NCBI GenBank assembly: GCA_035602385.1
Contig: DATNME010000008.1
Coordinates: forward strand, 19,441-83,440
Source: Candidatus Dormiibacterota bacterium
GTDB lineage: Bacteria; Acidobacteriota; Terriglobia; Acidiferrales; UBA7541
DNA length: 64,000 nt
Reading direction: 5' to 3'
Below the pieces are notes generated by a model. It worked only from the letters and a program-made list of their open reading frames with translations, had not been told where the DNA came from and did no database searches. Both the position numbers and the translations under genes were made by a program. Position 1 is the first letter of the stretch. The number at the start of each line of letters is the position of its first letter. Positions 21,332 to 30,532 of the stretch are shown piece by piece.

Positions 21332-22723
21332 TTAGGGAAACCGCACCAGCAGCAGTAACGCGGCGCCAAAAATAACAAACGACACCATAAAGGTGATTAC
21401 CATAAAACCCATCATGCGCCGCATGGGTATTCCGGCGATGGCCAAAATCGGAAGCGCAAAAAATGGCTGGAGCATGTTAGCCACCGATTCGCCCATCACC
21501 ACGCCCATGGTTGTGCCCGAAAATGAGGCGTGAAGATCTCTCGCCGCAGGGAGGACAAATGGACCTTGCACCGCCCAGTGTCCTCCGCCACTCGGAATGA
21601 ATAGTGTAATTACCAACGAGCACAGATACGTCCAGAACGGAAGCGTGTGCGCGGTAGTAAACGTAAGAAAGGCTTTCGAAATCACGCCTGCGAGACCCGT
21701 AGTGGTCATGATGCCCATGATGCCGCCGTAAATTGGGTATTGCAGAATCAGCGGGCCAGTTACGCGCGCCGCGTTTTTGACGGCTCCCACATATGCTATC
21801 GGCGTCCAATGGAACAAGAGGCCAATCGCCAGCGCAAGAAGGATCATGGAATTCAAATCCATGAAAAATCCCTTTTGACGCCATTGAAAAATGAGCGCGG
21901 AAAAAGCAACGACAACAAGCAGCACGTTCAGAATCCAGGCATTATCCAGCGCTGATCCAAAGGTGCCCTTTTTATCCTGCTCCACTTTCCCCTGATCCTC
22001 CGCTTTCAGGCGTGCCGGATCAGCGGGAAGCGTGTGAGCTTCGTCGGGGCCTATCCATCTGTAGATAAGCGGCAAGAGTACGAAAAGCGCTAAAACCGGA
22101 ACGAGATTCAGCGGGCTGAAAATGGTCTTGGAAAGCGGCAAGGTGAAGCCCGCGGTTTTCTCCACCAGGTTGAGCGCGGAGCCCGAAGTGGCTTGCGAAA
22201 GAACGATCGATCCAGAAAGCCCTTCGGTGGAAACTACGAAACCGGTGTAGGCCGCCGCCACCAGCCATCCGAAATCCATGCGCACGCGCTTGGCAATTTC
22301 GCGAGCGAGCAATCCTGCAACAACAAGTCCCAAACCCCATTGCAGCCACGAGGCCATCATGCCCGCGATAACGGTCAGGGAAACCGCGTTACGCGGCGTG
22401 CTGGCAAGCATGGCCGTTTTTTCCAGCACCAAACGAATTGGCTTGGAGCTGGCCAGCGCGTAACCGGTAACCAGGATCAGCACCATCTGAAAGCCAAACG
22501 TCAAAATGTTGAAGATGCCCGCGTACCACGAGCTCGCGATTACTCCCGGCGTTGCAGTGGGTACCAGAAAAAACGCGAGCAGCGCCGTCAGTAGCGTCAG
22601 CAGAATGGCGAAAACGAACGGGTCGGGCATCAACCGTTCCAGCGCATAAACAAAAACGCCGGTAAGGCGGCTCAACCACGAACTCTGCGCGGGCTCGTTA
22701 CTCTTGGTTACTTTTGGAGGCAA
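21332..22723 (-). CDS. Short-chain fatty acid transporter family (AtoE-like)
   Basis: ERLMPDPFVFAILLT, QMVLILVTGYALA, FIPSGGGHWAVQGP, NMLQPFFALP. Confidence 0.88.
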   Translation of the reverse strand: MPPKVTKSNEPAQSSWLSRLTGVFVYALERLMPDPFVFAILLTLLTALLAFFLVPTATPGVIASSWYAGIFNILTFGFQMVLILVTGYALASSKPIRLVLEKTAMLASTPRNAVSLTVIAGMMASWLQWGLGLVVAGLLAREIAKRVRMDFGWLVAAAYTGFVVSTEGLSGSIVLSQATSGSALNLVEKTAGFTLPLSKTIFSPLNLVPVLALFVLLPLIYRWIGPDEAHTLPADPARLKAEDQGKVEQDKKGTFGSALDNAWILNVLLVVVAFSALIFQWRQKGFFMDLNSMILLALAIGLLFHWTPIAYVGAVKNAARVTGPLILQYPIYGGIMGIMTTTGLAGVISKAFLTFTTAHTLPFWTYLCSLVITLFIPSGGGHWAVQGPFVLPAARDLHASFSGTTMGVVMGESVANMLQPFFALPILAIAGIPMRRMMGFMVITFMVSFVIFGAALLLLVRFP

Positions 22724-22852
22724 TCGAATATATCCCCACCGAATATCTATCCGTGTAACAGCATAATTGTATTAAGGGTGTCACGAAGACAGAGACTTTA
22801 CACCATTCGAGCGCCAATCCCCAATGGTGTGTGCTCACAAAAAAAAATATAA

Positions 22853-23917
22853 TTAGCGTTTAGCCAGGCTTTGGGCGATAGCCGCGCCAAGCTCTTCGGT
22901 TGAAGACCGGCCACCAATATCAGGTGTTCGAACGCCGGACTTTGCCAATATATCTGTAATAGCTTTCTCCACGGCATCCGCCGCATCTGGCACACCCAAG
23001 TGCCGCAGCATCATGGCGCCCGACCAGATCTGTCCGATAGGATTCGCAATTCCCTTTCCGGCAATGTCTGGCGCTGAGCCGTGCACCGGTTCAAACATCG
23101 AAGGAAATTCTTTCTCTGGATTTAGGTTCGCCGAAGGAGCGATGCCGATCGAGCCGACCACGGCGGGTCCCAAATCCGAAAGAATGTCCCCAAAAAGATT
23201 GGAGCCTACCACCACGTCAAACCAGTCCGGGTGACGCACAAAATGCGCGGTCAAAATATCGATGTGATATTGGTCCGTACGAACATCCGGAAATTTCGCC
23301 GCCATTTCCGTGAAGCATTCATCCCAGAAAGGCATGGTGTGAATGATGCCGTTTGATTTTGTTGCCGAGGTTAAATGCTTCTTGCTCTTGCGCGCCATTT
23401 CGAAAGCAAATTGCAACACACGATTCACCCCGCGGCGAGTGAAAACCGTTTGTTGAACGGCAATTTCGTCATCGGTTCCCTCATAAAGACGGCCACCAAT
23501 GTTCGAATACTCCCCTTCATTGTTTTCGCGCACGATGGAGAAATCAATTTGCCCGGGCTTCCAATTCTTCAGCGGCGAATCGATACCCTCAAAAAGCCGC
23601 ACAGGCCGCAAATTCACGTATTGCCGGAACGTGCGGCGGATAGGGATCAGCAATCCCCAAAGGGAAACGTGATCGGGCACGTTTGGATAGCCGACCGCTC
23701 CGAGAAAGATGGCGTCAAATGGACGCAACTGGTCCAGCCCGTCCTGCGGCATCATCCTTCCGGTTTTTGCATACGTTTCGCAGCTCCAGTCAAATGGGTG
23801 CCACGCGAATTGGAATCCAAAGCGGTGCGCGGCAGCTTCCAGCACGCGGATGCCTTCAGGCACTACTTCTTTGCCGATACCGTCGCCCGCAATTACCGCA
23901 ATTTTGAAAGTTTTCAT
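22853..23917 (-). CDS. Tartrate dehydrogenase / D-malate dehydrogenase (decarboxylating)
   Basis: IAGDGIGKEV, VPDHVSLWGLLIPIRR, VRENNEGEYS, MFEPVHGSAPDI. Confidence 0.92.
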   Translation of the reverse strand: MKTFKIAVIAGDGIGKEVVPEGIRVLEAAAHRFGFQFAWHPFDWSCETYAKTGRMMPQDGLDQLRPFDAIFLGAVGYPNVPDHVSLWGLLIPIRRTFRQYVNLRPVRLFEGIDSPLKNWKPGQIDFSIVRENNEGEYSNIGGRLYEGTDDEIAVQQTVFTRRGVNRVLQFAFEMARKSKKHLTSATKSNGIIHTMPFWDECFTEMAAKFPDVRTDQYHIDILTAHFVRHPDWFDVVVGSNLFGDILSDLGPAVVGSIGIAPSANLNPEKEFPSMFEPVHGSAPDIAGKGIANPIGQIWSGAMMLRHLGVPDAADAVEKAITDILAKSGVRTPDIGGRSSTEELGAAIAQSLAKR

Positions 23918-23929
23918 AGCTTGTGGTCT

Positions 23930-25438
23930 TTATCCTTTTTCCGCGGAAAGTAATGGTGTAAGCGCGCTTATATCGCCAACCGACTCCAGGCTCCTCACGG
24001 TCGTGATTATCTTTTCCGTTTTGGCCGCCGGCCATTCTGCGTATTGCGCGCAGCCCCTGAATTTGTCGGCAGCTTCCCGAAATGTCATGGGATTCGAAGG
24101 GCTTCCTTTGGCAAACTCAGCGCGGCCAGAAATAATTTTGCCGTCCTTCAAGTGGATTTTTAGGATCGAAGTCATCTTGTCGAACCCCGCCGCTTCGGCC
24201 TCAGGATCGACATAGAAATTAATTCTTCGCATCATGTCTTGAACTTCGGGACGTTGTACAACTTTTTCTGAAAATTCTCCGAGTCCGGCTTTTCCCTCTA
24301 CCAATAAAATTGCCATGCAAAATTCCATGCTGAACTTGCATTCCAACCCGGCCTTGGGATTGTGATGCAGCAGCGTGGTAGTCATGTTGTGATTCGCGCC
24401 GACGTCCACTTTGTCCACTTGCGAAGGTTTTATGTCGTTAGCTTGAATCAATCGCATCATCTCGGTCATAGCCGGATGGGTCAACGAGCCGGAAGGATAC
24501 GGTTTCAACGAAATCCCCGGCGCAGCGAAAGTCCACGGCTTTCCCAGGTGCCCAAGAATGGCTGACGGGTCGTAGGACCCGCCAAATGCGTGGAAAAATC
24601 CGCGGTCGGCCTCCAGGATTTGTTCCGCCGCAGTCCAACCCAGCGCTGCAAATTCGGTGGCCTGTAATCCGCTTTCCGCCGCATGACCGGCCTGAAAAGG
24701 TTTGGTCATGGTGCCGAAATTTTCACGAAGTCCGCCTGACAAGCTGGCCACCACGCCGAAGGCATTCAACGTTTTGTGAACATCGAAATGTTGGAGTCTT
24801 GCGCAAGCAGCAGCAGATCCGAAAGGCCCGCAAGTTCCCGTGGAATGAAACCCATCTTGGTAGTGACGCGGCGCTATCGCTTCAGCGATCTTGCATTCCA
24901 CTTCCACGCCGACGTGGTATGCCAGCATCAAGTCTTTGCCGGAAACGCCACCGTTTTCTGCCAGCGCGAGAGCGGCCGGAAGCACCGGCACAGTCGGGTG
25001 TACTAACAATCCGTACACACGGTCCTTCGCCGTCGCGAGTTGTGTGTCATCAAAATCATCCGCGTGAATCGAAACGCCATTAACAAAAGCCGCGAACCGC
25101 GGCGAGGTCTTCTGCGCGGTACCGATGATGGTCGCTTTCCCTCCGCAAATGCCTGCATTTTTTACGTATTGCCGGCTCAACGGTCCAGTCTCGGCCCTAC
25201 TGCCCGCTAATGCGAGGCCCAGCCCATCGAGGATGGACTTCTTTCCCAATTCAATGACCTCTTCAGGAATCTCGGCGTATTTCGCCGTGGTAACAAATTC
25301 CGCGACGTAATTTGTAAGCCCTTTGGTGTGAGGAAACTCAGTCACGGGCGGCACCTTTCCCGCGGGCTTGGCAGTGCCAGCCAGAATCGTGGAAGCAACC
25401 ACTCCAATAGAAACCTTGCCAAAGTCGCGTCTTTGCAT
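23930..25438 (-). CDS. MmgE/PrpD family protein with Tat-like signal peptide
   Basis: HADDFDD, VHPT, GFHST, KPFQAG, LKPYPSG; N-terminus MQRRDFGK. Confidence 0.88.
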   Translation of the reverse strand: MQRRDFGKVSIGVVASTILAGTAKPAGKVPPVTEFPHTKGLTNYVAEFVTTAKYAEIPEEVIELGKKSILDGLGLALAGSRAETGPLSRQYVKNAGICGGKATIIGTAQKTSPRFAAFVNGVSIHADDFDDTQLATAKDRVYGLLVHPTVPVLPAALALAENGGVSGKDLMLAYHVGVEVECKIAEAIAPRHYQDGFHSTGTCGPFGSAAACARLQHFDVHKTLNAFGVVASLSGGLRENFGTMTKPFQAGHAAESGLQATEFAALGWTAAEQILEADRGFFHAFGGSYDPSAILGHLGKPWTFAAPGISLKPYPSGSLTHPAMTEMMRLIQANDIKPSQVDKVDVGANHNMTTTLLHHNPKAGLECKFSMEFCMAILLVEGKAGLGEFSEKVVQRPEVQDMMRRINFYVDPEAEAAGFDKMTSILKIHLKDGKIISGRAEFAKGSPSNPMTFREAADKFRGCAQYAEWPAAKTEKIITTVRSLESVGDISALTPLLSAEKG

Positions 25439-25477
25439 TTGTTTATCTCGTTATTTCTTTGTTTATCTCGTTATTTC
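25438..25477. repeat. Perfect 20-bp tandem duplication at the prpD-like translation start
   Basis: TTTGTTTATCTCGTTATTTC twice in a row. Confidence 0.9.
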
Positions 25478-25676
25478 TATTTTCCCTGCGCGGCAGGTTG
25501 TGAGTGAATTTGGAAATGCCAGCTCGAATGCACTCTCGACTGCGCGGATGCTACGCTACCAGTTTCTTCGCGTCAACGAACAGCACGACTTGAAAATGCC
25601 GAATAACGCGAGTCGAGGATATAAAGCGCGTGTTTTCAACAAAAATTGTCCAGCAACCGTTTTGAGCTAAATAGAA

Positions 25677-25692
25677 ATTAATCTTTGTTTAA
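25677..25692. promoter_or_regulatory. Putative OmpR-family response regulator box (WTTAA-N6-WTTAA)
   Basis: ATTAA-TCTTTG-TTTAA, 11-bp period; a second copy lies at 27985-28000. Confidence 0.4.
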
Positions 25693-25898
25693 GCCCGGTC
25701 GTCGTTGAATGGATTATGCTCTTGACGCAATCAGCAAGGGTACTCACGTGCGTGTCAAAGAACTCTCCTTTCGAGCTGTCCCCCAAGACGTCACCTCGAC
25801 AAGTTCCGGCCGACGTAGTTCTTGGTCCTGTGCGCCCAAGGAGCAACTTGCAAAGCGGAAAACGATAAATTTCGTGCGATGATAGTCCACAAAAGCTT

Positions 25899-26573
25899 AT
25901 GAGAATTCTCTTGGTCGAGGACGAACGAAAGGTCGCAAATTTTATTGCGCGAGCCTTGCGCGAAAATTCTTACGCCGTGGACGTGGCGGAAACCGGGGAA
26001 AAAGGCCTGGAACTAGGGACCGACGTCACTTACGATGCCATCCTCATGGACGTCCGTTTGCCAGGAATCAGCGGCGTTGAGGTATGCCGCGAAATGCGCC
26101 AGCATGGAGTGGAAGCACCCATACTTTTGCTGACCGCGAGGGGACTGGTCGAGCATCGCGTGGAAGGCTTGGATGCCGGCGCTGACGATTATCTCACCAA
26201 GCCTTTCGTCTTGGCGGAATTGCTTGCGCGTGTTCGCGCGCTGGTCCGGCGCGGTTTCCACAGCGGAAACGCCAGGCTCTCCTACGCCGACCTGGTGCTC
26301 GACCGGCATCGCCGGCGCGCCACTCGTGGTCAGGAAGTCATTCCGCTGACCGCTAAGGAATTTTCCTTGTTGGAACTTTTTTTACTTCATGCTCCGGAGC
26401 TGGTGACCCGCAGCGAAATCATCGAACACGTCTGGGATTGCCACTTCGACAGCGAAACAAATCTCGTGGAAGTCTACGTGAATCGTCTGCGGCAAAAAAT
26501 CGATCAAAATCGTACGACGAAGTTGATACACACCGTGCGCGGGGTGGGCTATCGTCTGGAAACCGGGCAATGA
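25899..26573 (+). CDS. OmpR-family response regulator
   Basis: [23 protein letters not shown], winged helix with [11 protein letters not shown]. Confidence 0.95.
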   Translation: MRILLVEDERKVANFIARALRENSYAVDVAETGEKGLELGTDVTYDAILMDVRLPGISGVEVCREMRQHGVEAPILLLTARGLVEHRVEGLDAGADDYLTKPFVLAELLARVRALVRRGFHSGNARLSYADLVLDRHRRRATRGQEVIPLTAKEFSLLELFLLHAPELVTRSEIIEHVWDCHFDSETNLVEVYVNRLRQKIDQNRTTKLIHTVRGVGYRLETGQ

Positions 26574-28000
26574 TAAGAGCCACCACGCTGCGTTTCCGGA
26601 TGATGATCCTGTTTTGCAGTGTTGTGGGCGTGCTTTTGGCATGTTCTTACCTGGCCTTCTGGATACTCCTCGATCACGAAGTCACCGTACAGCTCGATCG
26701 CCAATTGCAAGAAACTGCTCGACCCCTCATCGCCGATATCATGACCGAACCGAATGCTCAGGATGTCAGCCGATTGGATATCCCAGGGGAATTTTTTGAA
26801 ACTTTGAGTCCCGACGGTCAAGTTTTTCAACGTTCAAGAAATCTTCGAGCTCCGATCGGCTTGAAAGGAATGAGCCCTTCGGTTGCAAAGCCTACATTTG
26901 GAAATGCCATTGTCGGTAACGATGAATACATGCGTGTGGCGCTAATTCCCTACCACCATGGCGGTCAAACCAGCATTCTCGCCGTGGCAATTTCCAAACA
27001 CGGTACAAACGGAGTCCTCGAGAGTTTCGGAAAAGTAGCGCTCATTCTTTTTCCCTTGAGCCTGCTGCTCACCGCCGGAATTTCCGCTTTCTACGTGGGC
27101 AGAAGCCTCGCTCCCATCACCGCTCTAACAGAACAAGCGGCGCTGATGACCAAGCGCGTCACCAATCGGGAAGGTTTCTGGAGCCCGCTGGAAGTCTCTT
27201 CGCCCCACGACGAATTAGGCAGATTGGCGCAAACCTTCAATCGACTTCTGCACAGCGTCGATTCCGCAGTGCTGCAATTGCGCCAATTCGTTACCGATGC
27301 TTCGCATGAATTACGCACGCCTCTCGCGGTTTTGCATGGTGAAACCGAGTTGCTGTTGTCGAAATCGCGCAGCCCTGAGGATTACCAGCAAATTTTGTGC
27401 ATGTTCGACGACGAATTCAAAAAGTTGACGCGCATCGTGGAAGGTCTGTTTACGCTGTCCATGGCCGACGCCGGCCAGTTGCACCTTTCCTGTGAGCCGC
27501 TGTACATCAACGAAGTGCTGGAGGAAGCGTGTTCGCTTCTGGATACGCGCGCGAAATCCAGAAATATCACTCTGGTACGAAGCCTCAAGCAAGAAATCTA
27601 TTATTTTGGTGACGAAGCTTTCCTCCACCAGCTGTTTGTCATTTTTCTCGACAACGCTATCAAATATTCGCCGCGGGATACCGAAGTTCGCGTGTCACTC
27701 GAAACACGGGATGGCTCCATTTACGCGCTCTTTCAGGACCAAGGCATTGGAATCGCCAGCAGCCACTTGCCGTATATCTTTGAACGGTTCTATCGCGCAG
27801 CTCCGTCCAGTAGCGCCGAAGCTCAAAGCGGGGGCCTGGGGTTAGCTATCGCGCAGGCCATTGTCCGTGCCCAGGGCGGTGCCATCGAATGTCAAAGCGA
27901 ACCTGGAGTTGGCTCGCTGTTTACGATTATTTTGCCAGTCACAAAAACATCCAAAGTAGTTCCCGAAATCCCCGCTAAACAGAAATTAATTCTCAATTAA
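26570..28000 (+). CDS. HAMP-domain sensor histidine kinase
   Basis: Two TMs; [38 protein letters not shown]; ATGA overlap with the regulator gene. Confidence 0.95.
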   Translation: MIRATTLRFRMMILFCSVVGVLLACSYLAFWILLDHEVTVQLDRQLQETARPLIADIMTEPNAQDVSRLDIPGEFFETLSPDGQVFQRSRNLRAPIGLKGMSPSVAKPTFGNAIVGNDEYMRVALIPYHHGGQTSILAVAISKHGTNGVLESFGKVALILFPLSLLLTAGISAFYVGRSLAPITALTEQAALMTKRVTNREGFWSPLEVSSPHDELGRLAQTFNRLLHSVDSAVLQLRQFVTDASHELRTPLAVLHGETELLLSKSRSPEDYQQILCMFDDEFKKLTRIVEGLFTLSMADAGQLHLSCEPLYINEVLEEACSLLDTRAKSRNITLVRSLKQEIYYFGDEAFLHQLFVIFLDNAIKYSPRDTEVRVSLETRDGSIYALFQDQGIGIASSHLPYIFERFYRAAPSSSAEAQSGGLGLAIAQAIVRAQGGAIECQSEPGVGSLFTIILPVTKTSKVVPEIPAKQKLILN

Positions 28001-28020
28001 ATTCCCTGACCCGCAGGCAG

Positions 28021-29643
28021 CTACTCCCCTCGGTAATTTTCTAGCGCTGCAATAATTTTTGCGCCGTACATCTCAATCTTTTTTACTCCAAAACCGCTGA
28101 CCTTACGGAAATCCGCCAAATTTTTCGGCCTCGCTCTGCACAAATCATCCAGAGAGCTATCGTGCAGCACAATAAACGCCGGCACACCTTGCGCCCTCGC
28201 CTCGTTGCGCCGCCATTCGCGCAAATGTTCTCGCAGTGTGCTGGCTGGCGCTGCGGGCCGGGAATATTTCACCGGCTGTATCAAAGCCGGTAAATTCTTT
28301 ACCGATTGCTCGCGGCCGACCGGAAAAGCCTTGCCAGAAATGCCCTTCGGCTTTTTTCTAGGCTTTTTGTTGCTTGTTTTTGTTGCGGACTTTGGAATCG
28401 CCTCCATCCACTCTGGTTGGCTACCGCACACATCACACGCCTTGCACATCTTCCACTTCGGTGTCTCCCCAAAATGCATGCAAATCCGCCAATGCCGGCA
28501 TTGTTTTGATTCGGCGAATCGCAACACTTCCGCGGACTGGTCCCGCATCCGCTGCCGTTCCTTGCGATCTTCAATGATGCTCGCAAAATATTCCAGCAGA
28601 CCCGCATCCCTCTTCTGCCACAGCAAAATACAGTCAGCGGGCTCCCCGTCCCGCCCCGCGCGCCCTGCTTCCTGGTAATACTGTTCGATGGATTTTGGCA
28701 GCGCCAGATGTATTACCGCCCGTACCGCGGATTTATTGATTCCCAAACCGAACGCCAGCGTGCCCACCATGATTTTTACTTCGTCGCTGGCCCACGCTTC
28801 CTGGTTTCGCTGCCGCGTCGCGGCATCCATCTGTCCGTGATAACCGATCGCCGTGAAGCCGTGCTCTCTTAACAATTCAACCGTTTCCTGAATGCGCTTA
28901 ACCGTTGGCGAATAGACGATTACGCTTTCCCCTGAAAACTTTTTCAGCGCGGCAAGCAGCAGCGAAACTTGTTCCTCCGCGCCGCATTCCCGGATGATGT
29001 AGTGCAAATTTGGCCGGTGAAAGCTGGCGATGTATTTATCCGGCTCGCGAAGTTTTAACTGTTCGATGATGTCGTGCCGCACCCGCTGCGTGGCGCTTGC
29101 CGTAAAAGCCGCAATCGCGCAACTCGGAAAATCGCCTTTCAAACTGCTCAGCAGCCGGTAGTCCGGCCGGAACTCATGGCCCCATTCTGAAATACAATGC
29201 GCTTCATCAATCGCAAAAAACGCTATTGGAACTTGTTGCAGCCAGCCCACCGTATCGGGCCGCGCGATTCTCTCAGGCGAAAGATACAGCAAACGGTAAG
29301 CCCCGGTCTTGGCCCGCTCGATGATTTTGTTTTGCTGCTCGTTTGAAACCGTGCTGTTCAAAAGCGCCGCGGAAATTTCCATCTGTTTCAGCTGCGCCAC
29401 CTGATCCTGCATCAAGGCAATCAGCGGAGAAATCACGATCACCGTTTCGCCGGTCAATAAAGCGGCCGGCAATTGGTAACAAAGCGACTTGCCCCCGCCC
29501 GTTGGCATTACCACGCAAACGTCGCGCCCGCTGAGCAGGCTTTGCACAATATTTTCCTGCCGCGGCCGGAAAGAATCGTAGCCCCAGTAGCGCTTCAGCG
29601 CCGAATGCAAAACTTCGCTGGAAAATGTACGCAATCGATTCAC
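28021..29643 (-). CDS. recQ: RecQ family DNA helicase with HRDC domain
   Basis: MPTGGGKSLCYQ, IDEAHCISEWGHEFRPDY, QEAGRAGRDG, zinc-binding cysteines, C-terminal HRDC (LREWRR...GVPAFIV). Confidence 0.93.
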   Translation of the reverse strand: MNRLRTFSSEVLHSALKRYWGYDSFRPRQENIVQSLLSGRDVCVVMPTGGGKSLCYQLPAALLTGETVIVISPLIALMQDQVAQLKQMEISAALLNSTVSNEQQNKIIERAKTGAYRLLYLSPERIARPDTVGWLQQVPIAFFAIDEAHCISEWGHEFRPDYRLLSSLKGDFPSCAIAAFTASATQRVRHDIIEQLKLREPDKYIASFHRPNLHYIIRECGAEEQVSLLLAALKKFSGESVIVYSPTVKRIQETVELLREHGFTAIGYHGQMDAATRQRNQEAWASDEVKIMVGTLAFGLGINKSAVRAVIHLALPKSIEQYYQEAGRAGRDGEPADCILLWQKRDAGLLEYFASIIEDRKERQRMRDQSAEVLRFAESKQCRHWRICMHFGETPKWKMCKACDVCGSQPEWMEAIPKSATKTSNKKPRKKPKGISGKAFPVGREQSVKNLPALIQPVKYSRPAAPASTLREHLREWRRNEARAQGVPAFIVLHDSSLDDLCRARPKNLADFRKVSGFGVKKIEMYGAKIIAALENYRGE

Positions 29644-30413
29644 ACCCGGTAAGCCTTAACAAAAAAATAGATGGTCGTGGCTATTCCCGCCATAATCACA
29701 AATCGCCGGATCCACACTTGCGATAATTTTTGCGCAAAGTGCGCGGTCGCGTATCCACCAGCCAAAGCGCCCAACGTCATCACCAGGCCCTGACGCCAGG
29801 CAATCAAGCCACTCGCCACAAACAGAAATGCAGCGACGCCATTCGTAGTGCTTCCCAACACTGTTTTCAGGGCATTCATCGCATGGATGTCGGTCATGCC
29901 CAGGGATGCCAGCATTGCCAGGTTCATCAGCCCCACGCCACCGCCAAAGTAACCACCATAAATTGCGACGAAAAATTCAAATATCGAAGCGCTCACAATC
30001 GAGCGGTTGCTCGCGTGTCGCTCAATGCCCTTCGAAATTTGACCCGTTAAATATTTTCCAAATGCAAAAAGCAGCGTCGCCGCCAGCATCAACCAGGGGA
30101 GCACGCGCAGGAATGTTTGCGGAGGTGTTTTGATCAACAGAAATGCGCCGATCATTCCGCCAGCAATGCTTGTAGCCACCAGCGGCGCCATAACTCTTCG
30201 CGAAAATTTTAATTTGCTGCGGTACGCCCCGCCGCTGGCCGACATTCCAACCCACAGCGCGATCGTGCTTGTAGCGTTAGCTGCCAACGGCCCTACGCGC
30301 GCAAATAGCAGCGCCGGAAAGGTAACGAAGCTGCCTCCGCCCGCAACAGCGTTGATCGCGCCGCCCAGGGCGCCCGCCAAAAATAAAAGCACCGCTTCAT
30401 AACTTGTCACCAT
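29640..30413 (-). CDS. Sulfite exporter TauE/SafE family protein
   Basis: INAVAGGGSFVTFPAL, YGGYFGGGVG, NALKTVL. Confidence 0.9.
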   Translation of the reverse strand: MVTSYEAVLLFLAGALGGAINAVAGGGSFVTFPALLFARVGPLAANATSTIALWVGMSASGGAYRSKLKFSRRVMAPLVATSIAGGMIGAFLLIKTPPQTFLRVLPWLMLAATLLFAFGKYLTGQISKGIERHASNRSIVSASIFEFFVAIYGGYFGGGVGLMNLAMLASLGMTDIHAMNALKTVLGSTTNGVAAFLFVASGLIAWRQGLVMTLGALAGGYATAHFAQKLSQVWIRRFVIMAGIATTIYFFVKAYRV

Positions 30414-30532
30414 TCACTAATATCACGAAATCAGAAACTATTTTCCTGAATTGACTACTAATACTTGCCGGTAGCATCATCTTTGGAAGTAAACTCGTAA
30501 AATTCACCGCATCTTTTCCGGGGGCCATAACT

